64,000 bases of DNA from Bacteroidota bacterium (GTDB taxonomy: Bacteria > Bacteroidota > Bacteroidia > UKL13-3), in contig CANHVU010000008.1 in the NCBI GenBank assembly GCA_947464275.1, forward strand, positions 17,082 through 81,081. Direction: 5' to 3'. Below, piece by piece: positions 1 to 7,612 of the stretch. Each line of letters starts with the position of its first letter. Positions within the stretch are counted from its first letter, which is position 1. The notes beneath the pieces were generated by a model. The model was not told where the DNA came from and did not search any database. It worked only from the letters and a program-made list of their open reading frames with translations. The position numbers and the translations under genes are program-made.

Positions 1-404
1 AACTCTAAAAATGGTTTTTCATCCATTTTATTTGCATCAACCAAATCAGAATAGAAACGATAAGAAATACCATTCGTTAAAAGACCAAATTTTGCTTTAG
101 ATACATGAAAATATCTTAGAATTTGACCATCGTGAACATTTAGATTTTGAGCCCAATGCTTACACTCAATTAGTATTGTTGGATTTCCATCTTTGAAAAT
201 TGCATAATCTATTTTTTCGCCCTTTTTAGTCCCAATATCTGTTATGTATTCTGGAACTACTTCAATTGGATTAAAAACATCGTAGCCTAATACTTGTAGA
301 AATGGCATTATGAAAGCATTTTTCGTTGCTTCTTCTGTTTGAATTTGATCTTTCAATTTGGCAACTCTGTCACCCAGTTGTTTGATTTGGTCTTTAAAGT
401 CCAT
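1..404 (-). CDS. Type I restriction enzyme HsdR N-terminal-domain (PD-(D/E)xK) protein, partial (runs off the window)
   Basis: Not in the ORF track. Manual translation from ATG at 404 gives MDFKDQIKQLGDRVAKLKDQIQTEEATKNAFIMPFLQVLGYDVFNPIEVVPEY...GEKIDYAI...ILIECK...LTNGISYRFYSDL, which has the D..IECK and LTNG motifs of HSDR_N. Confidence 0.85.
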   Translation of the reverse strand, partial: MDFKDQIKQLGDRVAKLKDQIQTEEATKNAFIMPFLQVLGYDVFNPIEVVPEYITDIGTKKGEKIDYAIFKDGNPTILIECKHWAQNLNVHDGQILRYFHVSKAKFGLLTNGISYRFYSDLVDANKMDEKPFLE

Positions 405-451
405 ATTTGTTTTTAGTTTTTACAAAGTTAATATTTCTCTTGTATGTCGTT

Positions 452-730
452 CTACTTTTGGCTAAAAATTTTACAACAACAAGAAGTTGGCGATTTCAAA
501 GCACTAAACTCTTTGCCGTTACTTAACTTGATACGTTGATAAAAATTTGATTTAAGCACTGAACCCGATTTTTTCCAAACGCCTATTAGCGGTTCGGCTT
601 TCTTTTTCCAGTGTTTCCATTCTTCCAATTTAATGTCTTTAACAATCGAGTCATTTGTGAACTCGATATACAATATCTTACCTTTTTGATTGTCAATATT
701 CCAATTATTGCTTGAAAATGCTTCATTATG
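452..730 (-). pseudogene. Probable gene remnant whose 5' part is replaced by the palindromic repeat array
   Basis: The frame of ORF 452..673 stays open upstream (NEAFSSNNWNIDNQKGKILYIEFTND) and runs into the first half-repeat at 719-741. No family recognised. Confidence 0.4.
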
Positions 731-1730
731 TTCGCAATGACTTTTGCTACTGTAATTTCATAATATTAAAAAAGTGCGGGAACAATCGTCATTGCGAGGA
801 ACGAAGCAATCTCAAGTTATGTGTAATACTCGCTTTAGATTGCTTCGCTACATTCGCAATGACGTTTGCTGATGTAATTTCATAATATTAAAAAAGTGCG
901 GGAACAATCGTCATTGCGAGGTACGAAGCAATCTCAAGTTATGTGTAATACTCGCTTTAGATTGCTTCACTACATTCGCAATGACGTTTGCTGATGTAAT
1001 TTCTCGTACTAAAAAAAGTTCGGAAACTATCGTCATTGCGAGGTACGATACAATCTCAAGTTATGTGAGATTATTACTCGCTTGAGATTACTTCACTACG
1101 TTCGCAATGACGTTTGCTGATGTAATTTCGTCATTGCGAGGAACGAAGCAATCTCAAGTTATGTAAGGCGTTTGTTTTTAAAATTCTATTGTTTCATACA
1201 AATCAATCCATTCTTTATTCATTGAATCAATTAATATTATTTTACTATTTCTCGAGCCAGATTTAATTCTCTTTTCTTCCTTTATTGCTTCTTCTATTGT
1301 ACTGAAATAATTATAATAAACTAATTTAGAAATATTATACTTTGCTGTAAACGATTGAGGAAAATAGTGTGTTTTATGTTGCCAGATTCTTTGTTGCAAA
1401 TTAGATGTAATACCTGTATATAAAACTGAATTATCTTTATTAGTTAAAATATAAACAAATCCACCCATAGTTATTAATTAGTCTTTTTTAGGAACTAAAT
1501 AAACCTTTTTATCACAAATTTCCAATTACTCGCTTGAGATTGCTTCACTATGTTCGCAATGACGTTTGTTGGTGTAATTTCATTGTAACTCGTACTAAAA
1601 AAGTGCGGGAACTATCGTCATTGCGAGGTACGAAGCAATCTAAAGTTATGTATGATAATTGTTAGCTTGAGATTGCTGGTTATTGCTCTCACATTAAATG
1701 TTCGCAATGACGTTTGTTGGTGTAATTTCA
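719..1730. repeat. Tandem array of CGTC-tagged palindromic (REP/BIME-like) doublets
   Basis: Left arms CGTCATTGCGAGGwACGAAGCAATCT at 787, 909, 1031, 1129 and 1616. Right arms AGATTGCTTC..TTCGCAATGACG end at 741 (partial), 864, 986, 1112, 1564 and 1712. The first units have a 122-bp period and conserved linkers. Confidence 0.95.
1178..1468 (-). CDS. Small stand-alone GIY-YIG nuclease
   Basis: GFVYIL...LYTGITSNL..RI.QHK...FT.KYN..KLVYY...AI..EKRIK, with the Tyr, Arg, His and Glu catalytic positions present; 96 aa. Confidence 0.92.
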   Translation of the reverse strand: MGGFVYILTNKDNSVLYTGITSNLQQRIWQHKTHYFPQSFTAKYNISKLVYYNYFSTIEEAIKEEKRIKSGSRNSKIILIDSMNKEWIDLYETIEF

Positions 1731-1849
1731 ATAGCGAATCGCTAGCAAATGCTTACCCCCAAAACAAATAATTTTTCACATAATTTTATTTTTTATTGAA
1801 ACTATAATTTGCAGCCCATTTTGGTTCATTATATTGCGCTCCAATAACT

Positions 1850-3466
1850 ATGATTAAATTTTTATCCCAATACACCACCAAACAAGCATGGCTGCAGGCA
1901 ATTCTGCTTTTTGTATGTTTTGGAATTGGGTTTTATAATTTCCCGTTAAGTTTAGTACAAACCAATTTTAGCTATATGCCTGGCGATTTAGGCGATGCAA
2001 GGTTTATAAACTTTGTACTGGAACATGGCTATCAATATCTAATAGGCAATCAACCTTCGTTTTACGATGCTACCTTTTTTTATCCTGCCAAAAACACTTT
2101 GGCTTTATCGGATAATATGGTTGGAACATTACCCATTTATGCCATTTATAGAGCCTTACATTTTGATAGAGAAACAGCTTATCAATGTTGGTGGTTAAGC
2201 ATATTTGTACTCAATTATTTTATAGCATTTTATTGTTTTTATAAAATTACCAAAAATAGTTATGTATCTATTTTAGGAGCCTACTTGTTTACTTTTTCCA
2301 TGATCATGTTTGGGCAATGCAATTTTACCCAACTCAATATCCGTTTTTTATTACCGGTTATTATTTTAGCAGCTTATAATTTAGCTACTCTTGCCAAACC
2401 TAAATACTATTATTATTTGGTGTTAGCCGTTGCTTTTCAGTTTGTATTAGGCGTTTATTATGCCTTCCTTTCAGTATATTTATTGGTGATATTTTTTGCT
2501 TGTTATGCCCTCATTACACGCAAATTTGATTTTATAATTCAGCTGTTTTATAATAAAATGCAAAGCATAAAAACCATTGCTTACACTTTAGCCGTTATTG
2601 GTTTATTGGCGCTTTACATGCAAAATTATATTGAAGTTTCTAAGCACGTTAATCTGCATAAATTTAGCGAAGTATTACACCTAATGCCAACTTTTACAAG
2701 CTACACTTTAGCTAACGATGCTAGCACTTGGGCCTTTACCAATAAATATGGGAAAAACTTATTAGCTGATAGATGGTGGTTAAACGAGTTTTTTATGGGA
2801 GTATTTTCTATTGGTTTATTAATTAGCTACGCAATTATTACTTTTAAAAACAAAGATTCAAATAAATTTTTAGTAGTTGCTATTGGTATGGCTATCGTTT
2901 GCAGTTTATTGTTTGCCAATAAATACAGTGTTTTAGCCATTTTTTATTACTTACCCGGCTTTGGAAGTTTATCGGTATTGGTTAGGGTAATTACAGTAAT
3001 TTTTACTCTAATAGTATTTGTCAATGTGCTATTTTTAAATGACCTATTTTTAAAATACAAAAAATGGTGTTTGTTTATCTTTATAAGTTTGTTTGCCTTA
3101 TTGTTTATCGATAATCATGTAGATGCAAGCAAACTAACCAGAACAAAAAAAGAAACCATTTTAAACAGATACAAAACCATAGAAACACAAATTGGCAATC
3201 ATAAAAAACCTATTTTAGCCATAGTAAGCGAAGGCGATGATTGGAAAAACTTCAAATTTCATTTAGATGCAGCATTGTATGCGCAAGCCCATCAAATGAA
3301 GAGCATTAACGGCTATTCGAGCAATGCTCCGCAAAATTTTGGAGGCTTTTGGGAAAAACATAACCGAAAAACCTTGAATGATTGGTGTATTTATAATAAT
3401 ATTGACACCAGTAAAATAATAATAATTGATAATATAAACCTTGTAACCTCGGTTAATAACGAATAA
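1850..3466 (+). CDS. Polytopic membrane protein, probable GT-C fold glycosyltransferase (YfhO-like)
   Basis: About 12 hydrophobic segments, an acidic GDLGD motif in the first loop, and C-terminal INGYS. Confidence 0.6.
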   Translation: MIKFLSQYTTKQAWLQAILLFVCFGIGFYNFPLSLVQTNFSYMPGDLGDARFINFVLEHGYQYLIGNQPSFYDATFFYPAKNTLALSDNMVGTLPIYAIYRALHFDRETAYQCWWLSIFVLNYFIAFYCFYKITKNSYVSILGAYLFTFSMIMFGQCNFTQLNIRFLLPVIILAAYNLATLAKPKYYYYLVLAVAFQFVLGVYYAFLSVYLLVIFFACYALITRKFDFIIQLFYNKMQSIKTIAYTLAVIGLLALYMQNYIEVSKHVNLHKFSEVLHLMPTFTSYTLANDASTWAFTNKYGKNLLADRWWLNEFFMGVFSIGLLISYAIITFKNKDSNKFLVVAIGMAIVCSLLFANKYSVLAIFYYLPGFGSLSVLVRVITVIFTLIVFVNVLFLNDLFLKYKKWCLFIFISLFALLFIDNHVDASKLTRTKKETILNRYKTIETQIGNHKKPILAIVSEGDDWKNFKFHLDAALYAQAHQMKSINGYSSNAPQNFGGFWEKHNRKTLNDWCIYNNIDTSKIIIIDNINLVTSVNNE

Positions 3467-3473
3467 TAAAACT

Positions 3474-4127
3474 ATGTTAGATAAATTTGGCATTGCAAAA
3501 CGAATTGCAAAAGAATTAAAAGACGGATATTATGTAAATTTAGGAATTGGCATTCCTACTTTGGTAGCAAATTATGTTCCTGAAGGAATTGAAGTAATCC
3601 TTCAATCGGAAAATGGACTTTTGGGAATTGGACCCTTTCCATACGAAGAAGAAGTAGATGCTGATTTAATAAATGCTGGAAAACAAACTGTTACCACTAA
3701 AAAAGGTTCAAGCTTTTTTGATAGTGCCATGAGTTTTGGTATGATTAGAAGTGGAAGAGTTGATTTAACCGTGTTAGGTGCTATGGAAGTAGCTGATAAT
3801 GGAGATATAGCTAACTGGAAAATTCCAGGTAAAATGGTAAAAGGAATGGGAGGTGCTATGGATTTAGTGGCATCGGCTAAAAATATTATTGTGGCTATGC
3901 AGCATGTAAATAAAGCTGGCGAATCGAAACTTTTAAGCAAATGTTCGTTACCTATAACAGGCTTAGGTTGCGTTAAAAAAGTAGTTACCGAGCTAGGTGT
4001 TTTTGAAATTACCGAAGAAGGTTTTAAACTGTTGGAATATGCACCAGGAGTAACCATTGATTATATCAAATCGAAAACCGAAGGACGCTTAGTTATAGCC
4101 GACAATGTGTTTGAAATGAGCATTTAA
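3474..4127 (+). CDS. scoB: 3-oxoacid CoA-transferase subunit B
   Basis: VNLGIGIPTLVANY, SENG active-site Glu, GMGGAMDL. Confidence 0.93.
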   Translation: MLDKFGIAKRIAKELKDGYYVNLGIGIPTLVANYVPEGIEVILQSENGLLGIGPFPYEEEVDADLINAGKQTVTTKKGSSFFDSAMSFGMIRSGRVDLTVLGAMEVADNGDIANWKIPGKMVKGMGGAMDLVASAKNIIVAMQHVNKAGESKLLSKCSLPITGLGCVKKVVTELGVFEITEEGFKLLEYAPGVTIDYIKSKTEGRLVIADNVFEMSI

Positions 4128-4140
4128 CATGTATTTTTAA

Positions 4141-5643
4141 ATGAAAAAATTTTATCAAGAACAACCTTTAAATGCCATATTGATTGTGGCATTTTTAGTT
4201 AGATTAGTAGCTGTAATTTTTAGCCAAGGTTATGGCATGAGCGATGACCACTTTTTAATTATTGAAGTGGCTCAAAGTTGGATAGATGGTAGAGATGATA
4301 GCCTATGGTTACCAGGCCCTATGAACCCCAATGCAGTTGCCACAGGTCACGTATTGCTTTACACTGGTTTTCATTATTACTTCTTTAAATTTTTAGCGCT
4401 TTTGGGCATAGTAGAGCCTAATACCAAAATGTTTGTTGTAAGACTTTTTCATGCTTTGCTTTCATTAATTGTGGTAAAATATGCTTTTAAAATTACTGAA
4501 AAACTAAGCAATGTAAACGATGCCAAATTAGTGGCTTGGTTATGTGCATTGCTTTGGTTTATTCCTATGCTAAGCGTAAGGAATTTGGTAGAGGTAGTTT
4601 GCATTCCACCATTAATTTATGGAACTTGGTTAGTGGTAAGTAATGATAACAAAAAAGTAATGCAATACTTACTTGCAGGTTTTGTTACAGGTTTGGCATT
4701 TTCTATTAGGTTTCAAACATCTACATTTATAGCTGGATTAGGCTTGGTAGTTTGGATTCAACATCAGTTTAAGAATGCGTTTTTTTATGGTGTAGGTGTA
4801 GTTTTATCGTTATTGGTTTTTCAAGCCAGTGTAGATATGGTAATTTGGGGCAAACCATTTGCTGAGTTTCTAGCTTACTCAGTTTATAATGCTGCCAATG
4901 CCTATAATTACATAGTTGGTAATTGGTATAATTATTTGCTATTGGTAGGTGGTATTTTAATTCCACCAGTAAGTTTATTTTTAGCTTATGGCTTTGCTTT
5001 AAGCTGGCGCAAATATTTGGTATTGTTTTTACCTGCATTTTTGTTTTTTATATTTCATTCAGCCTTTCCAAATAAACAAGAACGCTTTATTTTGCCTGTA
5101 ATTCCGTTTATAGTAATGGCAGGTGTAATTACCTTTAACCAAGTAAAAGAAACCAATGCATTTTTACTTAAAAACAAAAAGTTTGTGGCAGGCAGTTGGA
5201 AATTCTTTTGGGTATTTAACACTATTGTTTTGATAGCTTTAACACCTTCATCTACCAAGTTAAGCAGAGTAGAAGCCATGAATTATTTATCGAAAAAAAC
5301 CGATGTAAATTCATTTATTTTAGAAAGTAGTAACTCAGGTACTGTCCTAATGCCACGTTATTATTTACAAAAATGGGTTCCATATTACAATGTAACCAAA
5401 GAAATTCCAGCAGACACCTTACTTACGCAATTGCATACCGAAAAGGCTGAATTGCCAAATTATTTGGTAATTGGCGAAGCTGAAAAATTGGTAAACAGAC
5501 TTACGCCTTGTATAAAAAGTTTTGGTAAAGTTGAATATTTAACCACCATAGACCCAAGTTTTTTAGACAAATTTATGCATTGGTTAAACCCTTACGGTAA
5601 CGAAAACCAAACTTATTATATTTATAAGTTTGATAGAAAATAA
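4141..5643 (+). CDS. GT-C family (GT22/GT39-like) membrane mannosyltransferase
   Basis: N-terminal DDH motif, IRFQT, HS.FPNKQERFILP, multiple transmembrane helices. Confidence 0.75.
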   Translation: MKKFYQEQPLNAILIVAFLVRLVAVIFSQGYGMSDDHFLIIEVAQSWIDGRDDSLWLPGPMNPNAVATGHVLLYTGFHYYFFKFLALLGIVEPNTKMFVVRLFHALLSLIVVKYAFKITEKLSNVNDAKLVAWLCALLWFIPMLSVRNLVEVVCIPPLIYGTWLVVSNDNKKVMQYLLAGFVTGLAFSIRFQTSTFIAGLGLVVWIQHQFKNAFFYGVGVVLSLLVFQASVDMVIWGKPFAEFLAYSVYNAANAYNYIVGNWYNYLLLVGGILIPPVSLFLAYGFALSWRKYLVLFLPAFLFFIFHSAFPNKQERFILPVIPFIVMAGVITFNQVKETNAFLLKNKKFVAGSWKFFWVFNTIVLIALTPSSTKLSRVEAMNYLSKKTDVNSFILESSNSGTVLMPRYYLQKWVPYYNVTKEIPADTLLTQLHTEKAELPNYLVIGEAEKLVNRLTPCIKSFGKVEYLTTIDPSFLDKFMHWLNPYGNENQTYYIYKFDRK

Positions 5644-5689
5644 TAATGCTGGTTAATATTAAATTCTAAAATTCCATTAACACGGTGTG

Positions 5690-5800
5690 TTGGGCCGGCA
5701 AAAAAGCGGGCCAGCTAAGTCCCGAAAGCTTTCGGGATGTGCGTGGAAGCATTTTTTTGCCTTGATTTTTTGTTTCTTTTTCATCTAAGGAAAAAGAAAG
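5690..5800. repeat. GC-rich structured intergenic element containing a TCCCGAAAGCTTTCGGGA palindrome
   Basis: Outer stem GGCAAAAAA..TTTTTTGCC, an 18-bp palindrome at 5720-5737, and a TTTCTTTTTC/GAAAAAGAAA hairpin. Confidence 0.6.
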
Positions 5801-5893
5801 CAGAAAAAATGGTTCAAAGAATAAATTTTTACTATTTGTGGCTAATTTTTATGTTATCAAATTAATTTATTATTCAAAATTAAAGAAGAAATA

Positions 5894-6556
5894 ATGAGCC
5901 AATACATCAATTTACACACCCACCGAAAACCACGCGTAACGGAAGAAATAGCTATTAGAAATGGCTTTTTAAAAACCATTGATTTTAGTAAAGTCAATTA
6001 CCCTGTTTCAATTGGTTTGCATCCGTGGCATGTGCATAAAACTGATTTAAATTGGGCATTACAAATTATAGAACAAAACCATACTCAAATTATAGCAATT
6101 GGTGAATGCGGACTTGATAGAGCAATTAAAACTCCTATTGAACCGCAGTTATTGGCTTTTGAAAAACAAATAAAGTTAGCATTGCAATACAATTTGCCTG
6201 TAATAGTGCATTGCGTAAAAGCGTATGCCGACTTTGCAGCTTTTGCTAAACAAAACAGCCAAGTTAATTTTGTGCTGCACGGTTTTTCTGGCAATGATGA
6301 AACCTTACAGCAACTTTTAGCTTTTAAAAATGTGTATTTTAGTGTAGGTAAATATTTGTTTAATACGCAATCAAATGCTAGTTTAGTATTGAATAAAATT
6401 CCACTAAACCGCCTATTTTTAGAAACGGACACTACCCCACTTTTAATTAATAATGTTTACGAAAAGGCATCACAAATTATTGAAATAGAAGAAACTGTTT
6501 TAAAAAATCAAATCTTTTCTAACTTTGCGCTCCTTTTTAAAAATAAAAGCTTTTAA
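5894..6556 (+). CDS. TatD family hydrolase
   Basis: HTH (NLHTH), GLHPW, AIGECGLD, HCVKA, LETD. Confidence 0.9.
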   Translation: MSQYINLHTHRKPRVTEEIAIRNGFLKTIDFSKVNYPVSIGLHPWHVHKTDLNWALQIIEQNHTQIIAIGECGLDRAIKTPIEPQLLAFEKQIKLALQYNLPVIVHCVKAYADFAAFAKQNSQVNFVLHGFSGNDETLQQLLAFKNVYFSVGKYLFNTQSNASLVLNKIPLNRLFLETDTTPLLINNVYEKASQIIEIEETVLKNQIFSNFALLFKNKSF

Positions 6557-6559
6557 AAC

Positions 6560-7297
6560 ATGAAAGAAGTACAACCCTGGATGGGAAGAACCGAGCTTTT
6601 GCTTGGACCTGATAAATTAAAAACGTTAATTAACGCTAATGTATTGGTGGTTGGTTTAGGTGGTGTAGGCGGTATTTGTGCCGAAATGATAGCCCGTGCA
6701 GGTGTTGGAAAAATGACCATAGTAGATGCTGATACTGTTGACCCTACTAACAGAAACAGACAAATTCCAGCTTTAAAAAGTACCGAACATAAAGTAAAAG
6801 CCGATGTATTGGCTGAACGTTTATTAGACATCAATCCAGATTTGGAGTTGCAGGTTTTACCAGTTTATTTCCGCGATCAAATAACTGAAGAAGTTTTAAA
6901 TAACAACAAATTTGATTACGCAGTTGATTGTATTGATACCCTTTCGCCAAAAGTTTATTTTATAAAAGCTTGTATTGATAGAGGTATTCCAATAGTAAGT
7001 TCGATGGGTGCAGGTTCAAAGGTTGATCCTACTCGTTTGCGCGTGGCAGATATTTCGGAAACTTACAATTGCCATTTGGCAAAATATGTGCGCAAATATT
7101 TACACCGCTTAGGTGTGTATAAAGGCGTTAAAGCAGTGTTTAGCGATGAACAACGCATGCCCGAATACCAAGTGGTAGAAACACCTAACGATACCCGCAA
7201 AAAATCGGTAGTGGGAACTATAAGCTATATGCCAGCCGTATTTGGTTGCACAGTAGCCAGCGTTTGCATCCGCGATTTGTATAATAGAAAACAATAA
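6560..7297 (+). CDS. tcdA: tRNA threonylcarbamoyladenosine dehydratase (ThiF family)
   Basis: GLGGVGG, DADTVDPTNRNRQ, DCIDT, SSMGAG, GTISYMPAVFG. Confidence 0.9.
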   Translation: MKEVQPWMGRTELLLGPDKLKTLINANVLVVGLGGVGGICAEMIARAGVGKMTIVDADTVDPTNRNRQIPALKSTEHKVKADVLAERLLDINPDLELQVLPVYFRDQITEEVLNNNKFDYAVDCIDTLSPKVYFIKACIDRGIPIVSSMGAGSKVDPTRLRVADISETYNCHLAKYVRKYLHRLGVYKGVKAVFSDEQRMPEYQVVETPNDTRKKSVVGTISYMPAVFGCTVASVCIRDLYNRKQ

Positions 7298-7454
7298 TGT
7301 GTCCATTTACAAAATAAGTGTATCCTAAAAAGTGTTTTATTTTATGGAAATGGATACACTTAATAGAACATACTATAGTTCAGCAACAAACATTAAAAAC
7401 ACAAACAACTAAATAACAGTAATTTAGAAAAACATGTCGCAATATTGATACTTT

Positions 7455-7470
7455 TGGCACAGTGATTGCT
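7455..7470 (+). promoter_or_regulatory. Sigma54 -24/-12 promoter
   Basis: TGGCAC-AGTGA-TTGCT, an exact match to the TGGCAC-N5-TTGCW consensus. An 11-bp inverted repeat lies upstream at 7315-7325/7352-7362. Confidence 0.7.
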
Positions 7471-7511
7471 AAATACTAATTAATAATACTTTTTTCTAAT
7501 TCATATAAAGT

Positions 7512-7545
7512 AAAAACCCTTGATTATAGCTAATCAAGGGTTTTT
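7512..7545 (+). terminator. Intrinsic terminator (A/T tracts on both sides)
   Basis: AAAAACCCTTGATTA-tagc-TAATCAAGGGTTTTT. Confidence 0.8.
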
Positions 7546-7563
7546 CTATTTTAGGCCCATAAA

Positions 7564-7593
7564 AAAACCTGAACCATTTCTGATTCAGGTTTT
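7564..7593 (-). terminator. Intrinsic terminator after the PKD gene
   Basis: AAAACCTGAA..TTCAGGTTTT with a poly-A flank. Confidence 0.75.
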
Positions 7594-7612
7594 GAAAAAA
7601 GTGTTGTAAATT

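Noticed and set aside
719-1730. CRISPR array
   Set aside because: The sequences between repeats are near-identical rather than unique, the repeats alternate in orientation, and there are no cas genes.
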